A stretch of 64,000 bases of DNA from Nitrospirota bacterium (GTDB lineage: Bacteria > Nitrospirota > UBA9217): positions 320,001 through 384,000 of the forward strand of contig CAWJQQ010000001.1 in NCBI GenBank assembly GCA_963845065.1, written 5' to 3'. Within the stretch, counting starts at the first letter, position 1; the number at the start of each line of letters is the position of its first letter. Below are positions 1-10,880 of this stretch, in pieces. The translations under genes and the position numbers were made by a program. The notes beneath the pieces are model-generated. The model saw only the letters and a program-made list of their open reading frames with translations, made no database searches and was not told the DNA's origin.

Positions 1-1430
1 AAAATCGGATTCGTAGGATCGCCATATTTGAGTTTTCTGAGGCCGAGCCATACCTAACCATCCCTCCTTATGCAGCCTTTTTGACCGTTAGGTCATTTAT
101 TTCGTCCGCCTCGATCCGTTTCATCACGTCCGCGATGAAGGCGTGACCCTTGATCTTCCTGAATCCTTGTTCAGCATATAAAAGAACAGAAGCGAGCCAG
201 CGCTGCATCATCTTGCTGTCGCGATAGCGCTTTATATTGCCCTCTGCTTTTCTCACCGTAGAAAACATGCTCTCAATAGGATTGGTAGAATGCAAGGTAT
301 TCCGCAAGAGAGCGGGAACCTTCAACCGGTGAAGGGTGAGAATGTCTTCTATCGCTTCCATGAGCGAATCAGCCGCCGACTCATTGATGCCCCGAAGCCA
401 TTTCTCCATGTCCAGAAGCATCTGACGAGCATCTGCGTAATTATTCTGCTCCAGGGCAGTTCGGAACCTCCTGTGTGCGTCTTTCCGGTATTTCTTCGGC
501 AAATGATGCTGTATATTGCGGTCCTTGTGGATCGTGCACCGCTGATGGATCAATTTATTGCCGAAGCGATCCCGGAGAGCTTTGATTACGCCTCTGCCAC
601 CATCGGTGACCCAGATGATTCGTCGTGATAGTGTCAGACCCCGCCGTTCCATATCGGAAAACAGTTCTTCGCACAATTCATGGTTCTCCGTCGCCCCCTG
701 CCAGAATCCCAATGTCTGCTTCGTTCCAGCACTATCGAGCCCCAGCGCCACGATGAATGCCTCTCCGCCGCGGTGAACAGTGTCTAAAAAGACTGCAAAG
801 GGGACGAATGACGTGAGTGACCGTTCCTTAAACTCCTGAAGCTGTTTTGCTGTTGCCGCGACGATATGGCTCGACACCGTGCTGGCAGATACGCCAAATG
901 CTTGCGCCGTATCTACAACCGTCTCCGCATACTTCCGGCATGATATGCCACGGAGTACCTTTCCAAGCAATTCTTCTGAGAAACCTTCCGGTTTTTTCAA
1001 CTTCTGATAACTCTGAAGCGCAATCTCACCAGCCGGACCTCGAAGCCGAGGGTGGGTCACTGGGATCTTCTGATCTCCGATATAGACGGAACCGCCCTGG
1101 CTTGCCCACTTCCACAGGTCAGGACTGGTGGGCTGGTAGTCTGGCCCGGCAATCTCCTCACGCTCGATGTACATGATCGTCTCCGCCATCAGTCGGCCCA
1201 TTTCCTTCATGCATTCATCAAAACCCTGTTTACCTTTTGCGAAGACATAATACATCTGTTCAATGATCTCCTGCCTTCCATATGCCTCTTCAATTCCTCG
1301 TATTGCCTTTTTCCTCTTCCTTGTGGTATCCTTCATCGAGTGGCTCCTTTCTTTGTTTCTCTCTCTCTACCGTGGATTATGCCACGGGGGAGCCACTCTT
1401 TTCAATTTCAACTAAAAACAGTATAACCTC
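1..1430 (-). mobile_element. IS256-family insertion sequence, copy 1 (one end lies outside the window)
   Basis: Near-identical to 2594-4023 (offset 2593); terminal IR ...aatttcaactaaaaacagtataacctc ends at 1430. Confidence 0.92.
68..1336 (-). CDS. IS256-family (Mutator) DDE transposase
   Basis: 422 aa; motifs VFLDTVH, VTDGGRG, QRCTIHKDRN, STNPIES typical of IS256. Confidence 0.92.
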   Translation of the reverse strand: MKDTTRKRKKAIRGIEEAYGRQEIIEQMYYVFAKGKQGFDECMKEMGRLMAETIMYIEREEIAGPDYQPTSPDLWKWASQGGSVYIGDQKIPVTHPRLRGPAGEIALQSYQKLKKPEGFSEELLGKVLRGISCRKYAETVVDTAQAFGVSASTVSSHIVAATAKQLQEFKERSLTSFVPFAVFLDTVHRGGEAFIVALGLDSAGTKQTLGFWQGATENHELCEELFSDMERRGLTLSRRIIWVTDGGRGVIKALRDRFGNKLIHQRCTIHKDRNIQHHLPKKYRKDAHRRFRTALEQNNYADARQMLLDMEKWLRGINESAADSLMEAIEDILTLHRLKVPALLRNTLHSTNPIESMFSTVRKAEGNIKRYRDSKMMQRWLASVLLYAEQGFRKIKGHAFIADVMKRIEADEINDLTVKKAA

Positions 1431-1579
1431 GACGATGGTATGGAATACTGGTAGTATTATGTAAATATTTAAAGAAATTGAACGTTAGATGAAGGGCGAG
1501 AAGCGGCTAATATCTAATACACGGTATCTTCATATAGCTGGCCCGCGTTCATCGAGACGCCGCATGCTCAACAAAAAAC

Positions 1580-1876
1580 TTATAAATTCTCAAGAACCTT
1601 TTCCGCAGCGTACTGAATAACTTGATCAGACGTTTTGGCCTTCGCCAAAATAAAATAACCCTGTTTTTCGAGAAAACCGATGATCTGTTTGTGTTTTATC
1701 TTATTTTCATCAAAATGAATTAATGCGCTACCGATCGCAGGGTTGATTTTTACCGACGTGATCCCCGCCAGACCCCGTAAAGTCTTAACAAAAGTTGTCA
1801 CGTTCCGTGGATTACGGCGGATGAATGGCGTTTGAATTCTTAATCTGCCGGGAACATAATGATAATAATAAACCAC
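1580..1876 (-). CDS. HMA2-like (heavy-metal-associated) domain protein
   Basis: HYVPGRLRI...GITSVKINPAIGSALIHFD pattern; GTG start with aaggag upstream. Confidence 0.7.
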   Translation of the reverse strand: MVYYYHYVPGRLRIQTPFIRRNPRNVTTFVKTLRGLAGITSVKINPAIGSALIHFDENKIKHKQIIGFLEKQGYFILAKAKTSDQVIQYAAEKVLENL

Positions 1877-2264
1877 GAAATTCTCCTTGGCGAAATAAAC
1901 AACACTGAATCTCGGTGCTGCTATATAACTTTAATTAATCTTATCACTTTTATAGTGGAAATTCTTTGACGTATATATATTTTAATTGTGGTCGTGAGTT
2001 AAGAAATACTCTTTGATTAGAGAGATGAAAAAGAGAAGTTCACGCTCAGGTTGGAAACCAACTGAAGATAACTAACTTTAAACCTGCAAGCACTAACGAA
2101 TTCAGTTTGTAACTTTATCAGTTTAGAAGAACGGAAACGACATCAGGATGCTAGTTGCGTTTTTAATGTGATTTAAAAAAAACAAGACTACAAGCAGAAA
2201 TTTACGTCAAAAAAGATATTGCCTTAGAAATTGCACATATCATTTCCAGGCAACATTCAGGTGA

Positions 2265-2307
2265 CATAACCCGAAGGTCGTCGGTTCAAATCCGGCTCCT
2301 GCTGCCA
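2265..2307 (+). pseudogene. 3' half of a tRNA-Met(CAT), initiator-like; probable att-site scar
   Basis: cataacccgaaggtcgtcggttcaaatccggctcctgctgcca = anticodon loop, variable loop, T-arm (GGTTCAAATCC) and CCA; no 5' half upstream. Confidence 0.75.
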
Positions 2308-2318
2308 AATTAACATAA

Positions 2319-2495
2319 TTACTTAGCTTTTAGATTAACGTAGTTAGCACTATAAATGTCCTCTATGCTTTGTAATTGCTTCAATGTTACGTCGTTTACA
2401 GGGTCATCTACATTGAGAATCATTACGGATTCACCACCTACCTGTGCACGAACTTTTCTTCCTACCTGCATCATAGAGATATTAACGTTTTCATT
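2319..2495 (-). pseudogene. serA: serA 3' fragment (ACT domain) cut off by IS256
   Basis: Reads NENVNISMMQVGRKVRAQVGGESVMILNVDDPV...NLKAK* and joins 4024-5462 in frame across the TSD. Confidence 0.88.
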
Positions 2496-4023
2496 GATCA
2501 GGTCAAGTTTTTAGTTGAAATTAGTTGAGTGGCCCGCGCTCCCTTCGGCTAAGGCTTTTTATCGATTCAACGGTGTAAAGCATCGTTGTGTATAAAATCG
2601 GATTCGTAGGATCGCCATATTTGAGTTTTCTGAGGCCGAGCCATACCTAACCATCCCTCCTTATGCAGCCTTTTTGACCGTTAGGTCATTTATTTCGTCC
2701 GCCTCGATCCGTTTCATCACGTCCGCGATGAAGGCATGACCCTTGATCTTCCTGAATCCTTGTTCAGCATATAAAAGAACAGAAGCGAGCCAGCGCTGCA
2801 TCATCTTGCTGTCGCGATAGCGCTTTATATTGCCCTCTGCTTTTCTCACCGTAGAAAACATGCTCTCAATAGGATTGGTAGAATGCAAGGTATTCCGCAA
2901 GAGAGCGGGAACCTTCAACCGGTGAAGGGTGAGAATGTCTTCTATCGCTTCCATGAGCGAATCAGCCGCCGACTCATTGATGCCCCGAAGCCATTTCTCC
3001 ATGTCCAGAAGCATCTGACGAGCATCTGCGTAATTATTCTGCTCCAGGGCAGTTCGGAACCTCCTGTGTGCGTCTTTCCGGTATTTCTTCGGCAAATGAT
3101 GCTGTATATTGCGGTCCTTGTGGATCGTGCACCGCTGATGGATCAATTTCTTGCCGAAGCGATCCCGGAGAGCTTTGATTACGCCTCTGCCACCATCGGT
3201 GACCCAGATGATTCGTCGTGATAGTGTCAGACCCCGCCGTTCCATATCGGAAAACAGTTCTTCGCACAATTCATGGTTCTCCGTCGCCCCCTGCCAGAAT
3301 CCCAATGTCTGCTTCGTTCCAGCACTATCGAGCCCCAGCGCCACGATGAATGCCTCTCCGCCGCGGTGAACAGTGTCTAAAAAGACTGCAAAGGGGACGA
3401 ATGACGTGAGTGACCGTTCCTTAAACTCCTGAAGCTGTTTTGCTGTTGCCGCGACGATATGGCTCGACACCGTGCTGGCAGATACGCCAAATGCTTGCGC
3501 CGTATCTACAACCGTCTCCGCATACTTCCGGCATGATATGCCACGGAGTACCTTTCCAAGCAATTCTTCTGAGAAACCTTCCGGTTTTTTCAACTTCTGA
3601 TAACTCTGAAGCGCAATCTCACCAGCCGGACCTCGAAGCCGAGGGTGGGTCACTGGGATCTTCTGATCTCCGATATAGACGGAACCGCCCTGGCTTGCCC
3701 ACTTCCACAGGTCAGGACTGGTGGGCTGGTAGTCTGGCCCGGCAATCTCCTCACGCTCGATGTACATGATCGTCTCCGCCATCAGTCGGCCCATTTCCTT
3801 CATGCATTCATCAAAACCCTGTTTACCTTTTGCGAAGACATAATACATCTGTTCAATGATCTCCTGCCTTCCATATGCCTCTTCAATTCCTCGTATTGCC
3901 TTTTTCCTCTTCCTTGTGGTATCCTTCATCGAGTGGCTCCTTTCTTTGTTTCTCTCTCTCTACCGTGGATTATGCCACGGGGGAGCCACTCTTTTCAATT
4001 TCAACTAAAAACAGTATAACCTC
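2496..4023 (-). mobile_element. IS256-family insertion sequence, copy 2 (1528 bp, complete)
   Basis: 27-bp imperfect IRs (gatcaggtcaagtttttagttgaaatt / gaggttatactgtttttagttgaaatt); 8-bp TSD ttttcatt at 2488-2495 and 4024-4031. Confidence 0.95.
2661..3929 (-). CDS. IS256-family transposase
   Basis: 422 aa, differs from copy 1 by one residue (GNKL vs GKKL). Confidence 0.92.
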   Translation of the reverse strand: MKDTTRKRKKAIRGIEEAYGRQEIIEQMYYVFAKGKQGFDECMKEMGRLMAETIMYIEREEIAGPDYQPTSPDLWKWASQGGSVYIGDQKIPVTHPRLRGPAGEIALQSYQKLKKPEGFSEELLGKVLRGISCRKYAETVVDTAQAFGVSASTVSSHIVAATAKQLQEFKERSLTSFVPFAVFLDTVHRGGEAFIVALGLDSAGTKQTLGFWQGATENHELCEELFSDMERRGLTLSRRIIWVTDGGRGVIKALRDRFGKKLIHQRCTIHKDRNIQHHLPKKYRKDAHRRFRTALEQNNYADARQMLLDMEKWLRGINESAADSLMEAIEDILTLHRLKVPALLRNTLHSTNPIESMFSTVRKAEGNIKRYRDSKMMQRWLASVLLYAEQGFRKIKGHAFIADVMKRIEADEINDLTVKKAA

Positions 4024-5462
4024 TTTTCATTTCCCAATAATGTTGCAACTTGAGCAACCATACCAGGTTTGTCTTTATGAGGCAGAACTAACATATGCTC
4101 GGCAGGTTCAATACTTGTGTGGTATCCATTAAATCTCAGAATTCTTGGGACCTCCTTACCTATAATGGTTCCAGTTGCTTCATTAATTTCCTTATCGGTA
4201 GTAAGAATCACCTTCAATAAACTTAAGTAGCTTTCAGAATCGGTTGAAGTTGATTTCTTAACGTGGACACCACTTCTTTCAGCCAACTTGGGAGCATTAA
4301 CGTAATTCACACTTTCCCTGCTGATACTTAAAACTCCTTTAGTGACTGCAACTGCCAGCGGAGACATATCTAATACAGCAAGTTCACCGCAAGCAACAAT
4401 TTCTATTTCCCGTGCTACGCCGCTTGCAGTTTGTCTCACGAGAGATCCCAGGTTTTCAGCAAGGGCCATATAGTGTTTCACTGGTTCAAGTGTTTCAGGT
4501 TTTAAGGAAGGGATATTAACGGCGCTTCTAGCGGGCAATCCTTGAACGATGTCACGAATTTGCTCGGCAACATCAATAGCAACATTCAGCTGCGCCTCTT
4601 CTGTGCTGGCGCCTAAGTGAGGGGTAAGAACGACCTTATTACCAAGTTTCAAAAGGGGAGAATCTTCAACCGGTTCTTTATCAAAAACATCTATCGCAGC
4701 CATTTCAACATGGCCGTCTCGAATTGCCTCGGCCAAATCAGCTTCGTTTATTATTCCTCCTCGGGAGCAATTGATTATTTTTACTTCTCTTCTCATTTTA
4801 GCTATAGTGTCTTTATTGATTAAATTACGGGTATCTTTATTTTTCGGGACATGCAACGTGATGAAATCCGCCGATTTCCATATATCGTCGAGCGATGTCG
4901 TATAAGAAGCCCCTAGCTCCTTTACATGATCTTCGCCGACAAACGGATCGTATACGAGAACTTTCATACCCATTGCCTTGGTGATGGAAGCCACCCTGCT
5001 TCCTATTTTCCCTAATCCAACTATACCAATATTCTTGTTGAATACTTCCTTGCCTATTAGTTGGGATCTCTCCCATTTGCCTTCTTTCATTGAAGTGTCA
5101 GCGGCGGGTATATGTCTGATCATAGACAGCATCAAGGCTATAGTATGTTCTGCCGCCGCGACAGTATTACCTTCGGGTGAGTTAATTACAACTATTCCTT
5201 GCTCGGTAGCTGCTTCTATATCAATATTATCCACACCAACGCCCGCTCTACCGATAACTTTGAGCCTGTCTGAGACTGAAATTATATCCTTAGTGACGTT
5301 TGAAGAGCTTCTAATCATTAAGGCGTCGTAATATTGAATGATTGCTTTAAGATCATCAGCAGTTAGGACAGGTTTATAATCAACTTCACAAATGTCCTGC
5401 AGAATTTTTACGGCAATCTTGTCAATCTTATCGGTAACTAATACTTTGTAACCCATGTTCAC
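4024..5462 (-). pseudogene. serA: D-3-phosphoglycerate dehydrogenase, IS-interrupted within the ACT domain
   Basis: GRAGVGVDNID, GIVGLGKIG, TPHLGASTEEAQ motifs; ORF runs into the IS end (KRLYCF*). Confidence 0.92.
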
Positions 5463-5737
5463 CTGTTATTGCAAAAAGGTTATCCTTTGCATATCGATAT
5501 AATACCGTTATTCCATTCCTTTAAGTGAAAACAAGTGGCTGTCGTAAATGATCTTACTTCACTTATATAGTTTAAATATGTCAAGAATGTTAAAAATACA
5601 TTAAGTTAGCGTTAAATCTTTTTTTAGCTCGATTCAGTCTATAAGTTTTCAGCCGCTTGATTGGCTTCAAAAGAAAAATATTGAAAAAGTACACATTGCA
5701 AATTAATAACAATTCAACAAATAACATTTTTAAAAAT

Positions 5738-5788
5738 AAAAAAAAGCCCGAATCAAAATGAGAAAAAGATCTTATCGATTCGGGCTTT
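5738..5788 (-). terminator. Rho-independent terminator-like hairpin
   Basis: 12-bp stem aaagcccgaatc/gattcgggcttt followed by a U-run on the minus strand. Confidence 0.6.
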
Positions 5789-5919
5789 CTGGTACCATCA
5801 AAGCGTGTATCAAATGTTAGACTTGTGCAGTGTGCAGCAGATTGTGCAGTAGGGTACGGAATCGGGCGGAAAATACGGCATACGGCCATAGATGTTCAAC
5901 CGGACAACCGCATGAAAAT

Positions 5920-5953
5920 AAAAAAAGGGAAGGGACGGTAAATTGTCCCTTCC
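5920..5953 (-). terminator. Rho-independent terminator-like hairpin
   Basis: Stem ggaagggac/gtcccttcc followed by T7 on the minus strand. Confidence 0.6.
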
Positions 5954-6577
5954 TATAGAAACGCTTTCACACGGCAGCAGTCGCTGGTTCGAAGTGTCCT
6001 GATATGTCCTGTTAGAATCTCTTTTTTTCATGTACTCCAAAATCCTTAATTTGCTTGGTCAGGGAAGGGGTGTGTCAGACCCCTTTGGGGTGGCTGGCCA
6101 GATGGTCAAACGGAGATGGTATGTGTTTTTTTTTAAAGCGACATGTGCAGATCACGATTGATAAAATTGCTAGGCGTCCCGATTGAATCCTTTCCGCGTT
6201 ACGATCATAGTTCTATCAGTGATGCTGAACACGTTCAATTCTGCATTTCCTGGAAGTACCTCTAGTTTGGCAGTACAGACTTCAATCCGTAAATTAGTAT
6301 CGTGCTGGACAAATAGATATCATCACCTATACCTATTATGTGGAGTTCTCCATTATGTGAAGAGAAGCCTCCTGCCCTTGTATTTAGTTCCGCCATAAAC
6401 TAATTCTTAGCAGAAGGTTTCTATTTTGGATAGTCTTGAAGAATATTTTTCCTATACTTAAATGGGAAAATATAACCTCATGCTCTATCTATATATATTA
6501 CAACTGTGTAACAGTGTTTGGATTATCACAAAATGCCACCTGGAACAGACAACCACTTAGCACTGACGAACGACAAT

Positions 6578-6856
6578 TTAGGCTGCCTTTTGGATTTCCT
6601 TGGCTTCATACTCCGGGAACATAATAATAGCAGGGTGAATATCAAATGCTTTCGCAAGCTGTTCTGCACGCCTTTTGCCAATCTCCACTCGGTTATTTTC
6701 TAAAAGGCTGAGATTGGTAGCGTTAATGCCAGAATGTTTGGCAAGTTCTACCTGCGTCCAACCCTTTAAATCGCGAAGCATTCGGATTACCTCGCCTGAA
6801 GTTAATTTGGCATGCGATTTTGCTGGCACGAATTCATTGCGATTGGTCATCTTCAT
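6578..6856 (-). CDS. Xre-HTH antitoxin (HigA-like)
   Basis: LRDLKGWTQVELAKHSGI...LSLLEN HTH; directly downstream of a RelE-like toxin. Confidence 0.82.
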   Translation of the reverse strand: MKMTNRNEFVPAKSHAKLTSGEVIRMLRDLKGWTQVELAKHSGINATNLSLLENNRVEIGKRRAEQLAKAFDIHPAIIMFPEYEAKEIQKAA

Positions 6857-6864
6857 GTACTCTC

Positions 6865-7137
6865 CTAGTAATTATGCGGATTGATTTCAAGAACAAGTAC
6901 CGTGACAGTTTCTTTTTCTACAGCATAAATAACTCGGTATTGCAAACTCAACCGCGATGAACGTTGACTTACACGGTCTCCCTTCAGTTTTTCATCCTGA
7001 AATCCTGGAAACTCTCGCAACTTGTCAGGACCATGTCTGAATACGAGGCTTTTCCAGAGTTCGTATTTCTTAACGACGGTTGAAGGAATCTTACGACAAG
7101 CCTTGCCGATGTCGTGGTGCTCTTTAATTCGCCACAT
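6865..7137 (-). CDS. RelE/HigB-superfamily toxin
   Basis: DEKLKGDR...SSRLSLQYRVIY...EINPHNY. Confidence 0.82.
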   Translation of the reverse strand: MWRIKEHHDIGKACRKIPSTVVKKYELWKSLVFRHGPDKLREFPGFQDEKLKGDRVSQRSSRLSLQYRVIYAVEKETVTVLVLEINPHNY

Positions 7138-7145
7138 TATTGATT

Positions 7146-7174
7146 ATAATAACTTATTAAATTTAATATGTCAA
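7146..7174 (-). promoter_or_regulatory. sigma70 promoter of the higBA-like operon with palindromic operator
   Basis: TTGACA-17-TATTAT on the minus strand; perfect palindrome tattaaatttaata (7155-7168) in the spacer. Confidence 0.65.
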
Positions 7175-7434
7175 GTCATTCTTAGAATGCGACAATGATC
7201 ATATTGCCTGGATTTTAAGCGGCGGATATTAACATATACGGGTTGATAATTACATCTTTGCAAAGAACGGAAATTCCACGAATTCAGGATGTAGTCCAAA
7301 CGCTAAAACAGTATTAATAAAATGAAGATTACAAAAGAAGTTATTAACTGAAAAATTATCGCACAAAAATACGTGATACAACTTTTCTGCATTTCGCCCG
7401 AGCAAACAATTGCAATTTCTACTGTATTCTGCTC

Positions 7435-7764
7435 TTGCGTACCTCTCTTTTCCCAAGCGCCGCATCGCAAGCGAATCTGTCAGGAGAACTTAGCTCGGCT
7501 GAAGGGTTGGTCACTGTCCTTTCTGAATCTGGAATGTTATTCCGAACCATCGACCCTTACCCCATACATGCTCGCCTGACGGTAAACCTTGAGACTAAGG
7601 GTAATTCTATCACGCTGGAAGCGGAGGTCGTTTATAATTGTACTTTTGATGAGGGACCATTTAAAGAACCGGGGATGGGAATGAAGTTCGTGAAGATCAG
7701 ACCCGAGGATCAAACGATCATTAAAGCTCTCATTCCAGAAAAGATTAAAAAAAATGGGCAATAA
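7435..7764 (+). CDS. PilZ-domain protein, probably N-terminally truncated
   Basis: VLSESGMLF...LEAEVVY...GMGMKFVKI; RxxxR motif not evident. Confidence 0.55.
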   Translation: MRTSLFPSAASQANLSGELSSAEGLVTVLSESGMLFRTIDPYPIHARLTVNLETKGNSITLEAEVVYNCTFDEGPFKEPGMGMKFVKIRPEDQTIIKALIPEKIKKNGQ

Positions 7765-8183
7765 GGTGGTATCGGCGGTCGCCTGGTGCTGTTGTTCCTC
7801 AGAGAACAGCAACAGAATTCGAGCTGTGAATATCTGAACGTGAAAAGTTCACTTGACTAATTGCACGCACACACGCTTTTTCAACAGCTTAGTGAGTATA
7901 CTATCTAAAGTCTACATTTAGAATTGCCATAAATTAATAACTGGAGGGCCATAAACAATATATATTTTCATTTATGTGAATATTACCTTTACCTAATTGA
8001 CTGTCAGAATTAAAATTGCCACAAGAACATACGATATCAAATAAAAATGAGTCAAATCGATATTGTGAACTTAACTATTGAACATGAATTGATTTTTTCT
8101 GACTTAACCTTTTACCAATTGGAGTGTCATAAATTACGATAAAGTCGATGTGATGTTCATAATTAATAAGGAGGTAGAATAAT

Positions 8184-9881
8184 ATGAGTCACAGGCGAGT
8201 AGTATGGTTCATGGTTTTACTAGCGGTAATTTTCACATTACAGGCATGTGGCGCAAGCAACTCAACTTTGTCTTCCTCATCTTCGTCGGGCGGTACAAGC
8301 AGCAGTCCATCTTCATCGGGGGGTGCGCAGGGGGCCATGAGTCTAGCGCTTACCGACGCTCCCGGTGACTTCGATCACGTCTGGATAACAGTAAAGGATG
8401 TCTGGTTCCATACGGATCCGAATGCCGGCCCCAATGATCCGGCATGGCTTAAATTTCCCCTGGCCTCGCCCGTTACCATTGATCTGATCGCTCTGGCTAA
8501 TGGCAACATATCTCAATCTTTTTGGAACGGCATTCAACTCCCGGTCGGCATCTATCGGCAGATAAGGCTGTTCCTGGTCACCACCTATGCAGCAAATCCG
8601 CCGAACGGACATTCCAGGTTTAACGAGGTCATGATCGGCAATAGAACTTACGCGCTCAGGATTGCAGATGCAGAAGATGGGATCCGACTTACCGGTACAT
8701 TCCAGGTCACTAGTGGCGCGACACTAAATCTGGCCATTGATTTCGATGCAGGGCATGACGTTGTGGATTACAACGGGTCGGAATATATTTTGAAGCCAAG
8801 ACTGTCATGTTTCGACCTCGGAAGGGCCGGCGCAATCACCGGTCAAATCAGCACCGGAGCCACGTTCACAAGGGCGCCCCATTTTGTTATCAAGGCTGAG
8901 GAACTGAGTGCTGATGGTACGTATCATATGGTACACCGTTATACGGTTCCTGATTCCAGGGGAAGGTTCATTTTGTATCCGCTGTCTGCGCCGACGGCAA
9001 CCACAACTTATGACGTTTTAATTCGAGGGATCGGATATCAGACTACGATCGTAAAAGGCGTACCGGTAACTAAGGGGGCCACCTCAACATCAATCCCCAC
9101 GTCCTTACCGACGATTACCATGACACCCGGCACGGATTATGTCTCGAGTGCAACGATAACTTCTCCCACGGGAGCTTGGGTAGACTTCTATCAAACCTTG
9201 AAATCAACAGATACAGGTACATCTGAAGTACCCTATGAGGTCCGGTTCAGGCATTTCAATCCTCTCACAGGGGCGCTCACCGGATTTATGCTGTCTAATA
9301 GTACACTGCAATGGGGGGTGTATAGCAGCAGTACGATTACGCTGACTGCCGTCAATCCCGCTGAAGGTATTGGCGGATACCAGGCTGTAGCAGGAGCCGA
9401 TATAGATCTGTATATTGCGAGTGGCTTTACTGGGACGACACATCCCAATATTATCTCTACGGCGCCCACCGTGACTTTTGAGACTCCTCTTACGGTTGTA
9501 TCACCCTGGACGGGAAATACTGTTACTGGTGTGATATCTATGTCAAGTCCTACTGCAATGGACAACACGATGGATACGGGAGTCGTATTTGCCGTGCATG
9601 GCGGCTTGATTGTAGATACAATCAGCACGATGCGAGGGGATTTGCCGCAATCAGACGTCGCAACTGGCGGATCCTATACAATCCCGAATCTCCCGGGAGG
9701 TACATCGCAAGATCCGCAGCCAACAGCATTTTATGGCATTGATGCCGCATTCTGGTCATCGACGACAACAAGCTTCGAAGAGATTGCGATACCCAACCAT
9801 GCAGCTATTGCGATACCCCAGATCGTTGATCTGAGAAGCGGGGACGATACAGCAAATCTGGAAATGTTCCCCATCTGGTAG
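8184..9881 (+). CDS. DUF4382-domain lipoprotein
   Basis: Lipobox LQAC, Ser-rich linker, LALTDAP...YRQIRL...IDFDA; strong RBS aaggagg. Confidence 0.8.
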   Translation: MSHRRVVWFMVLLAVIFTLQACGASNSTLSSSSSSGGTSSSPSSSGGAQGAMSLALTDAPGDFDHVWITVKDVWFHTDPNAGPNDPAWLKFPLASPVTIDLIALANGNISQSFWNGIQLPVGIYRQIRLFLVTTYAANPPNGHSRFNEVMIGNRTYALRIADAEDGIRLTGTFQVTSGATLNLAIDFDAGHDVVDYNGSEYILKPRLSCFDLGRAGAITGQISTGATFTRAPHFVIKAEELSADGTYHMVHRYTVPDSRGRFILYPLSAPTATTTYDVLIRGIGYQTTIVKGVPVTKGATSTSIPTSLPTITMTPGTDYVSSATITSPTGAWVDFYQTLKSTDTGTSEVPYEVRFRHFNPLTGALTGFMLSNSTLQWGVYSSSTITLTAVNPAEGIGGYQAVAGADIDLYIASGFTGTTHPNIISTAPTVTFETPLTVVSPWTGNTVTGVISMSSPTAMDNTMDTGVVFAVHGGLIVDTISTMRGDLPQSDVATGGSYTIPNLPGGTSQDPQPTAFYGIDAAFWSSTTTSFEEIAIPNHAAIAIPQIVDLRSGDDTANLEMFPIW

Positions 9882-9902
9882 TAAATCTTGTCTGTTACAT
9901 TG

Positions 9903-9934
9903 AGGCCTTCCGGAAACGGAGGGCCTTTCTTTTT
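9903..9934 (+). terminator. Rho-independent terminator
   Basis: aggccttcc-ggaaac-ggagggcct then tctttt. Confidence 0.75.
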
Positions 9935-10284
9935 AACAGTGCAATACGGGGTTATTACCTATGCCATTTCCCGAATTCAAAACGAATATGTGCCTGATGC
10001 ACGGTTGGTGTCAGCGATATCGAATGGGCATTTGAGGGAGATACTATGATAAATTCAAGATGTATCTGCATATATATGTAGTCTGGTAGGGCGTTGAAAA
10101 AGGTGTTGTTCAACACCATACTTGGCGATTGGCCTCACACCTACTTTCTCCAAGGGAGATCGAGCCAAATAATTGCTAGCGATAATCCGTCCAGGCAACG
10201 GGCGTCTTGGAAGCATTCAGCCACGTTGCCCCATATGCCTAACTTGATCAAATAAAGGCAATTTTAGACAAGAAAGGGGCACCA

Positions 10285-10641
10285 TTAGATACGTTTGGAT
10301 ACATATTCCTGCAACGTCTTAATCGCTGCTTCTTCTGCCTTTTTGACCTTGCCATTCTTCTTTCTACTCAATCGGCCCCTTCTATATATACGTTGATTTC
10401 TCCCAAGTATGAATTTTTTATTGACGCAGAGGCTGTATGTGCCCACATCACCAAAATTATTAAAAATAGTGAAATCCGCATCAGGTACCTGCGAGTTCGT
10501 GTCTCGGGCCAATAACGACTGCGCAATCTGATATTGCGGCGACTGCATACTGCTTTCAGATTTATTGCACGCGATTGCAAGACCAAGCAGGCAGAAGGTA
10601 AAGATCCGTAACGAAGTAATAATTTTACTATCCATGAGCAA
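10285..10641 (-). pseudogene. Chimeric remnant; lipoprotein N-terminus resembling bacterial serpin N-termini
   Basis: Lipobox AIAC, then AQSLLARDTNSQVPDAD, after which similarity breaks. Confidence 0.3.
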
Positions 10642-10880
10642 TCTTCCCGCGAAGAGTTCAGCTTTTCCGAGAACTATTTATATATTGGCAGAGCTTTGAA
10701 GTGTTGTCAATTTTAAGGACTTGCAACTATGCACTTTATTTCATTCGCGGGTATATGGTATATGTGGTTTGGAACTGAAAAGTGCATTTTGAAAAAAAAT
10801 GTGACATGTTGCTTGAAGGAGTTTTTGAGGTGAATGTAAAAACACTTGGAGCCCGACATTTTATTAATATCATGAATTCA

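Noticed and set aside
7876..10105. tttttcaacagc and gcgttgaaaaag as IS ends flanking the DUF4382 gene
   Set aside because: Short, facing outward, and no TSD found
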